Shown here one piece after another: positions 20,301-28,425 of a stretch of DNA of 64,000 nt; within the stretch, counting starts at the first letter, position 1; every line of letters starts with the position of its first letter. Under the pieces are notes generated by a model. That model was given only the letters and a program-made list of their open reading frames with translations, did no database searches and had not been told where the DNA came from. Made by a program: the position numbers and the translations under genes. The DNA comes from Candidatus Krumholzibacteriia bacterium. GTDB lineage: Bacteria; Krumholzibacteriota; Krumholzibacteriia; LZORAL124-64-63. The DNA is taken from assembly GCA_050174015.1 (NCBI GenBank), contig JBFXKG010000003.1, positions 160,001 through 224,000 on the forward strand, given 5' to 3'.

Positions 20301-20637
20301 CTACGTCGACAAGGCCGCCTCGGGCGTCCTGGCCCCCTACGTGGTGCCGAACCCGTACATGGCCTCCGCCAGCTTCGAACCCGAACGCTTCGCGGTGTCG
20401 GGCCGGGGGGAGCGGCGGATCGAGTTCCGCGGCCTGCCCGCCCGCTGCACCGTCCGGATCTACAACCTCCTGGGCGAACTGGTGCAGACCCTCCGGCACG
20501 ACGGGACCGACGAGGGAGTCGTGGCCTGGGACCTGCGCACCAAGGACCAGCTCGACGTCGCTCCGGGGCTCTACATCTTCCATGTGGACGGCGGAACGGC
20601 CGGGACCGCCACCGGCAAGTTCGCCATCGTGAAATGA
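17305..20637 (+). CDS. Large secreted protein (~1100 aa) with Asp-rich repeats, an FN3-like domain and a C-terminal T9SS-like sorting domain; TBDR partner
   Basis: TGATG coupling to the TBDR (alternative start 17347) and a signal peptide. 'DGLDNDLDGITDE'; FN3-like 'VRLSWDD..FEGYRIYRS..YYYAVTAYD'; C-terminal 'VVPNPY..TVRIYNLLGELVQTL..WDLRTKDQLDVAPGLYIFHV..GKFAIVK'. Confidence 0.8.
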   Translation: MTLRRSIHRKGMDLMPRNTGTARGWTPAAAWLLAALLPILLSPGRIAADVVTPVPQDERGREDAERSGQHDANNMRTIFWNYGMVGDYPRDPGNVDLSVFHSAEVPKGSGMNYSDGITPFVLAKISQLDGAEAYIMETGFRERQGTSPYFNRVMRFEPRPGYFQPDPGLNPGRSVALSNDPRTWPDFWPDRLDEVDDPGWPGSWNGYFGKQVVADQESYMVLDDDFYDAWNYYPDSRDPTRRGLGLRIEVRGFQWANPQARNVIFWHYDITNESTTDYEDNIIFGLYMDSGVGGSALSCDGIYESDDDNAYYQDVFNGQRINLVYTWDNGGHGRDLSSSCATTGYLGYAYMETPGNSSDGLDNDLDGITDERRDGGPGGMMIGESQIMSHVAANYDRTRFEAAYGPVEESPAYRAGLWWTGDEDMDWTVEGHDVGADGLPETGDTGEGDGIPTPGEPNFDGTDLNESDQIGLTGFKLNRIRPGQNNPNQEVDGIVFFTDNHDWPERLYNQFADPDSSVRFDAPLASNYNIGFLFASGPFRLEAGKTERFSLALAYGASLDELSRNTQTVQQIYNANYRFAVPPKAPTVTAEEGDGFVRLSWDDVAERGADPVTGDYDFEGYRIYRSTDPDFRDPQVITTGTGSGPLGNGKPIAQFDRIDGVSGYSELAIEGVQYYLGTETGLTHTWTDYGVTNGQQYYYAVTAYDFGSTDPKFNFYPSENAIAPSRTPRGGLVLPSNVVAARPNPRVLGYVPAAAEAAEHVSGRGAGTVVVEVVNSNEVPDGHDFSLAFATPHPDSLLASRYILTDETTGEIVFETGRDLIGQGIGPVGAGLLPIVATAAEVVIDPENSGWAEGSPTDLELRVSYQDVLPINQVRPGFPDDVTVEFFDRVVDTSLAGFPFVATPAKFRIIAHTAEGDVQLDFRFRDRNGDQTLSAADELVDAFTYLESDPDTPQATWRFEVDVAGGEAETVPGIADAYELRLVRPFSGDDVFRFSTRGSYVDKAASGVLAPYVVPNPYMASASFEPERFAVSGRGERRIEFRGLPARCTVRIYNLLGELVQTLRHDGTDEGVVAWDLRTKDQLDVAPGLYIFHVDGGTAGTATGKFAIVK

Positions 20638-20683
20638 GGCCGGCGATGCGCGTGAACGTCAGGCCTGCAACGCGGGGAAAGAC

Positions 20684-21694
20684 ATGAAGAAAGTCGTGCT
20701 GATCCTGGGGGTGTACCTGGCGGCCGCGGTCGGCGGCGCGACGGCGCAGACCCAGGTCGGGAGCACCATCGGGACCTTCCTGCGGATCGAACCGGCCGCC
20801 CGCGGCGCCGCCCTGGGCAACGCCGGCTCGGCCCTGCCCGGAGGGGTCGACGCCGTCTACTACAACGTCGGCGCGCTCGGGCTGCTGGAGGAGGCGGCCG
20901 TCCAGTATTCCCACAGCATGTGGTTCGCCGACATCAGCCACGACTACTTCGCGGCGGCCCTGCCGGTCACCGGCGTGGGCAACTTCTTCGTCAGCGTGAC
21001 GGCGCTGAACTCGGGCGAGATCGACGTCCGCACGGTGGAGTCGCCCTTGGGCACGGGCGAACGCTACACGGTTTCCAACGTGGCTCTGGGCATCGGCTTC
21101 GGCAAGCGGATCACCAGCCGGTTCGCCGCCGGCCTGCAGGCCAACTACGTGACCGAGCGCATCTGGACCGCCTCGGACAAGATGATGACCTTCAATCTCG
21201 GCACCACGTACCTGCTGTCCGAGGGCGGGGCCCGCCTGGCCTTCTCCCTGGCGAACCTGGGCACCCGCGCCCGCTACACGGGCAGCGGCCTGGGCATCCA
21301 GTACGATCGAGATCCCGACTCCTACGGCGACAACAGCTCCCTGCCCGCCGAGCAGTCCACCGACCGGTTCCCCCTGCCGGGCCTGTTCCGGCTCGGCCTG
21401 AGCGTGCCCTACCAGGTGAGCAAGGAAAGCGCCCTGCTGCTGCTGGTCGAAGGGCTGCACCCCAACGACAACAGCGAGAGCATGAACCTGGGTGTGGAAT
21501 GGAAGCTGCGGCGGCTACTCGCCCTGCGCGCGGGATACCAGACCCTGTTCCAGACCGACGGCGAGCTGGGCCTGACCCTGGGCTTCGGCGTGGAAGGCGA
21601 CCTGGGCCGGTCCCGCTACGCCCTCGACTACGCGTGGGCGGGGCACGAGCACCTGGAGGACACCCATCGGGTGACCATGGTCATCGATTTCTAG
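20684..21694 (+). CDS. PorV/PorQ-family outer-membrane beta-barrel
   Basis: 'FLRIEPAARGAALGNA..AVYYNVGAL..SHSMWFADISH', amphipathic strands, and a terminal Phe. This is the PorV/PorQ (FadL-like) pattern. Confidence 0.88.
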   Translation: MKKVVLILGVYLAAAVGGATAQTQVGSTIGTFLRIEPAARGAALGNAGSALPGGVDAVYYNVGALGLLEEAAVQYSHSMWFADISHDYFAAALPVTGVGNFFVSVTALNSGEIDVRTVESPLGTGERYTVSNVALGIGFGKRITSRFAAGLQANYVTERIWTASDKMMTFNLGTTYLLSEGGARLAFSLANLGTRARYTGSGLGIQYDRDPDSYGDNSSLPAEQSTDRFPLPGLFRLGLSVPYQVSKESALLLLVEGLHPNDNSESMNLGVEWKLRRLLALRAGYQTLFQTDGELGLTLGFGVEGDLGRSRYALDYAWAGHEHLEDTHRVTMVIDF

Positions 21695-21742
21695 GAGGGG
21701 CCGCTCGCCGCGGCCCTTTCGCAACTCGAGGAGTGACGGCCG

Positions 21743-23425
21743 GTGAAGACAATCCAGACATCACACCGCACGACGGCCCGCCCCCGCTACCGATGGCTCC
21801 TGTCCGCGATCCTCGTTTTGCTGGGGGTGCTGGCCGGCGCCGCACCCGGCGTCGCACCCGGTGTCCTGGCGGCCGGAGCCCGCGACCTGCCCCTGCCGGC
21901 CCAGAAATCCCTGCCCACCGAGGCCCTTCTGGACAGCCTGCAGCGCACCGCCTTCCAGTACTTCTGGGAGGAGGCGAATCCCCTCAACGGCCTGATCCGG
22001 GACCGCAGCCAGCCCTGGTCCCCCTGCAGCATCGCGGCCCAGGGATTCGGGATCACCGCCATCTGCATCGGGATCGACCACGGCTGGGTGTCCCGGACCG
22101 AGGGGCGCGACCGCATCCTGCTGGGCATGCAGACTCTCTGGGACGGGCCCCAGAGCGACGCCGAGTACAACACCAACGGCTACAAGGGCCTGTTCTACCA
22201 CTTCCTGGACATCAATTCCGGCGTGAGGACCTGGAGCAGCGAGCTTTCGACCATCGATACCGCCCTGCTGATGGCCGGGGTCCTGGACGCCAAGCAGTAC
22301 TTCGACACCGACGACCCGGGGGACGTCGAAGTGCGGGCCCTGGCGGACTCCCTGTACTACCGCGTGGACTGGGACTTCATGCGCAGCGGGGGCAACGGCC
22401 TGCGCATGGGCTGGAAGCCGGTCACCGGGTTCAGCGGCTTCGGTTACTGGATCGGCTACAACGAGGCCATGATCCTGTACCTGCTGGCCCTGGGCTCGCC
22501 GACCCATCCCGTGCCCGACTACACCTGGGCCTACTGGACCAGCGGCTACAACTGGAGCGTGCAGTACGGGCAGATCTACGTGATCTTCCCGCCCCTGTTC
22601 GGCCACCAGTACTCGCACTGCTGGGTGGACTTCCGCGACATCCGCGACCCCTACATGCAGCTGCGGGGCATCGACTACTTCGAGAACTCGCGGCGGGCCA
22701 CCGTTGCGGCCCGGGAGTACTGCATCGCCAATCCCTACGGGTGGGCAGGCTACGGGGAGAACTGCTGGGGTTTGACGGCCTCGGACGATCCGGGGGGCTA
22801 CCTGGCCCACGGGGCGCCGCCCGCCCAGAACGACAACGGCACCATCACGCCGACGGCGGCCGCGAGTTCCATCGCCTTCGCGCCCGAGATCGTCATCCCG
22901 GCGCTGCACCACATGTACGACAACTACGGCGTCATGCTGTGGGGCGAGTACGGCTTCAAGGACGCCTTCAACCTGACCCAGTTCTGGTGGGGGACCGACT
23001 ACCTGGGCATCGACCAGGGCCCCATCATCCTCATGATCGAGAACTACCTGAACGGTTCGGTGTGGAACCGGATGATGGGCAACGCCGACCTGCGGGCGGG
23101 CCTGATCCGGGCGGGCTTCATGGACGTGTCCGGGGTCCCCGAGGGACCCCTGGCCTCCGCCCCGGGCATCGAACTCGGGCAGAACGCGCCGAACCCCTTC
23201 CGGGGTTCGACCCAGATCTCCTTCCGGGTGGCCGAGCCCGGGGAGGTGACCCTGCGGATGTACGACCTGAGGGGTCGGATCGTGCGGGAGACCGTCGGCC
23301 AGGCAGCGGACAAGGACCTGCAGCAGATGACCCTGGATTCCGAGGGGCTGCCGAGCGGCATCTACCTGTATTCCCTGGAATCCCACGGCCGGACGCAATG
23401 GAAGCGGTGTATCGTACTGAAGTGA
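21743..23425 (+). CDS. GH144-like ('glucoamylase family'/DUF3131) endo-beta-1,2-glucanase candidate with a T9SS-like C-terminal domain
   Basis: GTG with GAGGAG RBS. 'SIAAQGFG', 'GLFYHFLD', 'ELSTIDTALL', 'GYNEAMILY', 'PLFGHQYSH', 'WGLTASD', 'YGFKDAFN', 'YLGIDQGPI'; tail 'LGQNAPNPF..LPSGIYLY..CIVLK'. Confidence 0.9.
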   Translation: MKTIQTSHRTTARPRYRWLLSAILVLLGVLAGAAPGVAPGVLAAGARDLPLPAQKSLPTEALLDSLQRTAFQYFWEEANPLNGLIRDRSQPWSPCSIAAQGFGITAICIGIDHGWVSRTEGRDRILLGMQTLWDGPQSDAEYNTNGYKGLFYHFLDINSGVRTWSSELSTIDTALLMAGVLDAKQYFDTDDPGDVEVRALADSLYYRVDWDFMRSGGNGLRMGWKPVTGFSGFGYWIGYNEAMILYLLALGSPTHPVPDYTWAYWTSGYNWSVQYGQIYVIFPPLFGHQYSHCWVDFRDIRDPYMQLRGIDYFENSRRATVAAREYCIANPYGWAGYGENCWGLTASDDPGGYLAHGAPPAQNDNGTITPTAAASSIAFAPEIVIPALHHMYDNYGVMLWGEYGFKDAFNLTQFWWGTDYLGIDQGPIILMIENYLNGSVWNRMMGNADLRAGLIRAGFMDVSGVPEGPLASAPGIELGQNAPNPFRGSTQISFRVAEPGEVTLRMYDLRGRIVRETVGQAADKDLQQMTLDSEGLPSGIYLYSLESHGRTQWKRCIVLK

Positions 23426-23533
23426 TCGCCGGCGCGAGGGACCAGCCGGTGAAGGAGGTGGTGGACCGTCGATGGAAAACGAAACTTCCGGGAACAAGGT
23501 ATAGATTCGTCATCAACCTGAGGAGAAACAGCC

Positions 23534-24340
23534 ATGTTCAAGATCTTCAAAGTCAGCGTCCTGTGCGCCTTCGCCCTGGTGGCGTTGTCGGCCGGGACGG
23601 CCCTGGCGACCGACACGCCCACCGGCGCGGTCGTCATCGAACGCGTTTTCAACGATTCCTTCGCATCGATTTTGACCGTCAACAACAGCTATCCGACCGT
23701 CATCGACATCAACGACGAGGCCGCCGGCCCCCTGGGCTGGGCGAACCTGCACGTCTGGCGGTTCTCCACCGACGGCATGACCGCCCAGCAGTTCGACAAC
23801 CTCGACGGGTTCATGTTCACGGCCGAGGTGACCCTCTCCGGAACCGGCGACGGCGAGGCCGGCCTGCAGATCTCCCCCTGGTGGTCCCCCAACGTCGACG
23901 GCCGCTTCAACGTGCGGACCCCCGACGGCGAGGTGGCCTGCTTCGGCGGCCGTCTGCCCTTCTATTCGTTCACGGGCAGCCAGGGCGTGAGCTACGTCAA
24001 GGGCACCACCGTGCGCCTGGGCATGATCTACACGACCAACGTCGAGATGAACTCGACCATGCCCGCCACCATCGAGTACCTCTACGACGACGGCGTCCTG
24101 CACACCAGCGGCCCGATTCCCTTCGACGAGGGCAACCCCGCCGAGGATCCCCCGCACGGGCTGTGGGGCATCCTGTCCCCCGCCTATGCGGGCGGCCACA
24201 TGCAGTTCAACAACATGTCCGGATCCGGCGTGGGTTCGAACTTCAACGTGGTCTGGGGCGACATCACCTTCCAGGATCTGGGCACGGTCGTCGCCGACGA
24301 GCCGACCAGCTTCGGCAACGTGAAGGCCCTGTTCCGGTAG
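23534..24340 (+). CDS. Secreted hypothetical beta-rich protein with a short C-terminal 'TSFGNVKALFR' motif
   Basis: AGGAG RBS; signal peptide ending ALA; the ORF ends VVADEPTSFGNVKALFR. Confidence 0.8.
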   Translation: MFKIFKVSVLCAFALVALSAGTALATDTPTGAVVIERVFNDSFASILTVNNSYPTVIDINDEAAGPLGWANLHVWRFSTDGMTAQQFDNLDGFMFTAEVTLSGTGDGEAGLQISPWWSPNVDGRFNVRTPDGEVACFGGRLPFYSFTGSQGVSYVKGTTVRLGMIYTTNVEMNSTMPATIEYLYDDGVLHTSGPIPFDEGNPAEDPPHGLWGILSPAYAGGHMQFNNMSGSGVGSNFNVVWGDITFQDLGTVVADEPTSFGNVKALFR

Positions 24341-24364
24341 ACGGAACGATCCGGCGAGTCGAGC

Positions 24365-24394
24365 GAGGAGACCCGGGGCGACCCGGGTCTTCTC
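24365..24394 (+). terminator. Hairpin with a GCGA tetraloop ending the glycan-uptake transcript
   Basis: AGACCCGGG-GCGA-CCCGGGTCT, 25 bp after the stop codon; weak U-tract. Confidence 0.5.
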
Positions 24395-24411
24395 CATCCG
24401 GGGCAGGGCGG

Positions 24412-24440
24412 TTGACCGGATCCCCGCCGTCGCCCACAAT
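24412..24440 (+). promoter_or_regulatory. Putative sigma70 promoter for the M28 peptidase
   Basis: TTGACC-17 bp-CACAAT. Confidence 0.4.
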
Positions 24441-24483
24441 TGCTGCAGGGGGAAGTCCGTCGCCTCGTCCCGAAAGGACCGCC

Positions 24484-25983
24484 ATGACTCCGGCCGCTCG
24501 CGCCCTTGCCGCATCGCTCCTGTTCCTGGTCCCGTTCGTCGTCCACGCCGGCGGCGACTCCGCGGCGGTGATCACCTCCGGATCGCTGCTGGCCGACGTC
24601 TCCCTCTTCGCCTCCCCCGAGTGCGCCGGTCGGCTGCCCGGCACCGACGGTTACCGGCTTGCGACGGACCACGCGGCCGCAGTCCTCGCTGAACTGGGGC
24701 TCGAACCGGGCGGCGACGACGGGAGCTGGCTGCAGCACCTGCCCATGGAGGCCAACGTCATCCGGCAGTGCGCCGTGACGGTGACGGACCAGGCCGGAGT
24801 GCCGCAGGACCTGGCGCCGGGGGAGGAGTGCGCGTGCCGGGGTTTCACCGGCAGCGGGAACGTCTCGGGCGAGGTGGTCTTCGTGGGTTACGGCCTGAGC
24901 CTGCCCGACCGCGGGTATGACGACTACGCCGGCGTCGACGTGGCCGGGAAGATCGTCCTGGCCTTCAAGCAGGCCCCGCCCTGGCGGCTGGACGATGGGG
25001 AGGGGTGGGACCGGGCGGATCTGCCGCGGCCCAAGGCCCGCACCGCGCGTGACCACGGGGCGGCCGCCCTGCTGCTCATTTCGCGTCCCAACGACCAGGA
25101 TCCCCAGCCGGTCATCGCCAGCGTTTTGCACGGGCCCGGCGACCACGTGCCCGACCTGCCGGCCGTCCAGATCTCCCTGGAACAGGCGGCCCGCCTGTGC
25201 GCCGGGGGGATGGAGGAACTGAAGGGCCTGCAGGCGGTCATCGACGAGGTCCGCCGGCCGGCGTCCCGCCCTCTGTCCGGCAGGGCTGCGGTCGCCGTCG
25301 AGGCCGACTACGCGCCCGCGGCGGACACCTGGAACGTCGTCGGGGTGCTGCGGGGGACCGATCCCGTCCTGAAGGACGAGGCTGTGGTGGTCGGCGGCCA
25401 CCTGGACCACGTGGGCAGCCAGGGCGAGGTCCTCTGGCCGGGGGCCAACGACAACGCCTCGGGAGCGGCCGCGGTGCTGGGCATCGCCCGCGCCTTCGCC
25501 GCCGAGGCTGCGGCCGGGCGGCCCCCGCGACGCACCGTGGTCTTCGTGCTGTTCGCCGGCGAGGAGCAGGGCCTGCATGGGGCGCGGTTCCATGCGGGAC
25601 ATCCGGTCATCCCGCTGGACCGCACCGCCGCGATGATCAACCTGGACTGCGTGGCCCACGGCGACAGCATCCAGCTGGGGGGCGGCAAGAGCCAGCCCGT
25701 CCTGTGGGATCTGGCCCGGGGCATCGACGCGGACCGGGGGGCGCTCACCATCGCCGCGACCTGGCGAGGGGGCGGGGCCGACGCGGCCCCGTTCTGGGAC
25801 GAGGGGGTGCCCACCCTGTACTTCGCCTCCCGGTACAGCTACACCCACCTGCACCGGCACACCGACACCGTGGAGACGCTCAATCCGGCCCTGTTCGAGG
25901 AACTGGTGCGGCTGGCTTTCCTCACTGCCGCGGAGGTCGCCTCCGGCGAATACGAGCGGGAGGCCATCGTTCCGGAGAGCTGA
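24484..25983 (+). CDS. M28-family aminopeptidase with a PA domain
   Basis: AAAGGA RBS and signal peptide; PA domain 'VVFVGYGL..DDYAGVDVAGKIVL'; Zn ligands 'GGHLDH', 'GANDNASG', 'FAGEEQGLHG', 'NLDC'. Confidence 0.93.
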   Translation: MTPAARALAASLLFLVPFVVHAGGDSAAVITSGSLLADVSLFASPECAGRLPGTDGYRLATDHAAAVLAELGLEPGGDDGSWLQHLPMEANVIRQCAVTVTDQAGVPQDLAPGEECACRGFTGSGNVSGEVVFVGYGLSLPDRGYDDYAGVDVAGKIVLAFKQAPPWRLDDGEGWDRADLPRPKARTARDHGAAALLLISRPNDQDPQPVIASVLHGPGDHVPDLPAVQISLEQAARLCAGGMEELKGLQAVIDEVRRPASRPLSGRAAVAVEADYAPAADTWNVVGVLRGTDPVLKDEAVVVGGHLDHVGSQGEVLWPGANDNASGAAAVLGIARAFAAEAAAGRPPRRTVVFVLFAGEEQGLHGARFHAGHPVIPLDRTAAMINLDCVAHGDSIQLGGGKSQPVLWDLARGIDADRGALTIAATWRGGGADAAPFWDEGVPTLYFASRYSYTHLHRHTDTVETLNPALFEELVRLAFLTAAEVASGEYEREAIVPES

Positions 25984-26098
25984 CTTTTTCCCCGTGCCGC
26001 GGGACATTCTGGTAAAATGATCTCATCATGACGGGCAGGACAACCGGCCCCTGCTTCCTGCCGCCGGTGACTCCGCCCTGTGATCGGGGGGAAACGCC

Positions 26099-28252
26099 AT
26101 GTCCACCACGCCTGCCGACTCAAGGATGCGCGGACGCGCCGTCCTGTTCTCGACCGTCCTGTGCCTCGGCCTGCTCACCGCCGTTCCGGCCGGGTCGCAG
26201 CCCGTCATCGTCGAATCCGGCTGGACCCTGGTGCGGTCCATCCCCTTCACCGCGCCGATATCGGCCTGCTCCAATCCCGTGGACGGGGCCATCTACGTGG
26301 GCCGCCGCGGTACCTCCACCGACGGCCTCTACCGCATCGACGCCCAGGGCTTCGCCACCCGGATATCGACCGGCAGCAACACCGCGGCAGTCGCCGTTCA
26401 GCCGGATTCGGGTTCGGTCTTCCAGGCCGAGGATTACGGCGGCATCATCTACCGCACCGCACTGGGCGCCACCGGACGGACCACCTGGGTTTCGGGATTC
26501 CATTCCGGCGACGACGATCCCATCGGGATGGCCTTCGCTCCCCCCGATTATTCCGGTGACGTCCTGCTCCCGGGCAAGGCCCTGGTGGTGGACCGGGGGA
26601 ACAGCGGCCCCGACGAGATCTGGACCTGGTCGCCCTTCATCGCCGAGGCCGAGACCCTGCTCCACGCGGACACAGGCCTCCTCATCGATGCGGTGGACGT
26701 GGCGATCGACCGGACGGGCGTCTTCGTCGTCGACACCGGCCTGACCGCTCCCGGCGTGGTCTACGAGGTCGGGGCGGGGGGCTCGCTGACCGTCTTCGCC
26801 ACCTCCGTGGCCCTGCCCGATCCCGCGGGCATCGCCATCGATCCCTGGACGGACGACCTGCTCGTCCTCGACCAGGTCGACGACCGCCTGGTCCGCATCG
26901 GACGGACGGACGGGGTCGTCACCGAGATCGCAACCGGCATCAACTCGTCCCTGGGCTGGGCTGGCGTGGACATCTCGCCCGACGGCAGGTGGCTGCTCCT
27001 CACCTCCAACACCGACGGGATGATCTACCTCCTGGGGCGGTGCGACGCGACGGTGCATCCCGAGCTCGACTGCGACGGGAACGGGATCCACGACACTTGC
27101 GACATCGCCCTGGGCGCCGCCGAGGATTGCAACGCCAACGGAATCCCCGACACCTGCGACCTCGACTCGGGGACGAGCGAGGATTGCGATCTGAACGGGA
27201 TCCCCGACGAGTGTCCCACCTGCCCGCCCGTGGAGGTGGTCTTCGTCATGGACACCTCGACGTCCATGGATGACGAGGCGTCGGCCCTGTGCGCGAACAT
27301 GACCCAGGTCGTCGAGCGGCTCGATGCGGCCGGCCTGACGGTGATGCCGAGCCTGCTGGGAATCTGCGACCTGCCCGGCGGAGCCTACGGCTGCCTGGAG
27401 AACCACGTCACCGCGCTGCTGGGGACCGAGGTGCCGGGTGCGCCTCCGGCCGGGCTGGAGTTCCTGGGCTCGTGTCCGGGCGGGCTCGAGGTCTGCCAGG
27501 AGGACTGGGGCCTGGCCACGGCCGTGGTCGCCGGCCGCTACCCCTGGCGGCCCCGCGGGGAATCGGTCCGGCTGATCGTACCGCTTTCGGACGAGGGGTC
27601 GTGGTGCGGGGACCCGGTCACCGTCAACGACCAGGCGGCGGTCGATCACGCCATCGTGGTGGCGAGGCAGAACAAGGTCGTCGTCTCGCCCATCACCGGG
27701 TCGGGATCGAGCTCCGCCGTGATCGCCCTGGCCCAGACCCTGGCCGATTCCACGGGAGGCATCCGCTTCAGTTCCGCCGTCCCCGCCGCGGATCTCGCCC
27801 AGGGGATCATCGACCTGGTGCTCGAGGCCTGCTTCGCCTTCATCGACTGCAACGGCAACGGAACCCTCGACGCCTGCGACATCTCGGCGGGAACCAGCGA
27901 GGACACCAACGGCAACGGGATACCCGACGAATGCGAGGGCGCCTCGGCGGTGCCCGACGGAGCGCGGGGAGCCCGCCTCTACCGGCTGGACGGCAACTAC
28001 CCCAACCCCTTCAACGCCCTCACGCGTTTCGATTTCGAACTGCTGGCGGACGCGCGGGTGGACCTGCGGGTGTACAGCCTGGACGGCCGGCTGGTCAGGA
28101 CGGTCCTGGCTGCGAACCTGGAACGGGGGCGGCATTCGGTGGCCTGGAACGGCCGGGACGATCGCGGCCGGACCGTGGCCTCCGGCGGGTACTTTTACAG
28201 GTTCCAGGCGGGGGACCAGTCCGAGGTTCGCCGGATGGTCCTCTTGAAGTAG
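26099..28252 (+). CDS. Secreted multidomain protein: NHL/SMP-like beta-propeller, five Cys/Asp 'DCNxNGIPDxC' repeats, a vWA domain and a FlgD-like C-terminal domain
   Basis: Signal peptide; repeats DCDGNGIHDTCD, DCNANGIPDTCD, DCDLNGIPDEC, DCNGNGTLDACD, DTNGNGIPDEC; MIDAS-like 'VFVMDTSTSM'; 'NYPNPFN..WNGRDDRGRTVASGGYFYR..MVLLK'. Extended -10 TGGTAAAAT at 26010-26018. Confidence 0.82.
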   Translation: MSTTPADSRMRGRAVLFSTVLCLGLLTAVPAGSQPVIVESGWTLVRSIPFTAPISACSNPVDGAIYVGRRGTSTDGLYRIDAQGFATRISTGSNTAAVAVQPDSGSVFQAEDYGGIIYRTALGATGRTTWVSGFHSGDDDPIGMAFAPPDYSGDVLLPGKALVVDRGNSGPDEIWTWSPFIAEAETLLHADTGLLIDAVDVAIDRTGVFVVDTGLTAPGVVYEVGAGGSLTVFATSVALPDPAGIAIDPWTDDLLVLDQVDDRLVRIGRTDGVVTEIATGINSSLGWAGVDISPDGRWLLLTSNTDGMIYLLGRCDATVHPELDCDGNGIHDTCDIALGAAEDCNANGIPDTCDLDSGTSEDCDLNGIPDECPTCPPVEVVFVMDTSTSMDDEASALCANMTQVVERLDAAGLTVMPSLLGICDLPGGAYGCLENHVTALLGTEVPGAPPAGLEFLGSCPGGLEVCQEDWGLATAVVAGRYPWRPRGESVRLIVPLSDEGSWCGDPVTVNDQAAVDHAIVVARQNKVVVSPITGSGSSSAVIALAQTLADSTGGIRFSSAVPAADLAQGIIDLVLEACFAFIDCNGNGTLDACDISAGTSEDTNGNGIPDECEGASAVPDGARGARLYRLDGNYPNPFNALTRFDFELLADARVDLRVYSLDGRLVRTVLAANLERGRHSVAWNGRDDRGRTVASGGYFYRFQAGDQSEVRRMVLLK

Positions 28253-28276
28253 GCCCTTCACCCCTCCCGCTCGGCC

Positions 28277-28312
28277 CCGGCCCCGGTCTCACTGCCCGGG
28301 GCCGGTATTTTT
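28277..28312 (+). terminator. Intrinsic terminator
   Basis: CCGGCCCCGG...CCGGGGCCGG followed by TATTTTT. Confidence 0.6.
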
Positions 28313-28425
28313 CGACAACCCTTTCGGACTTTTGGTCGTCATACCTGGAAAGCGCCGGGCCGTTTCTTATCGGCCGGGGCGCCCTGACTTTCCCCGACGC
28401 CCACGCCATACCCGAAAGGTCATCC

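Noticed and set aside
28346..28360. TGGAAAGCGC as a third LacI operator upstream of the DUF5916 gene
   Set aside because: Only a half-site; the right arm is not palindromic.
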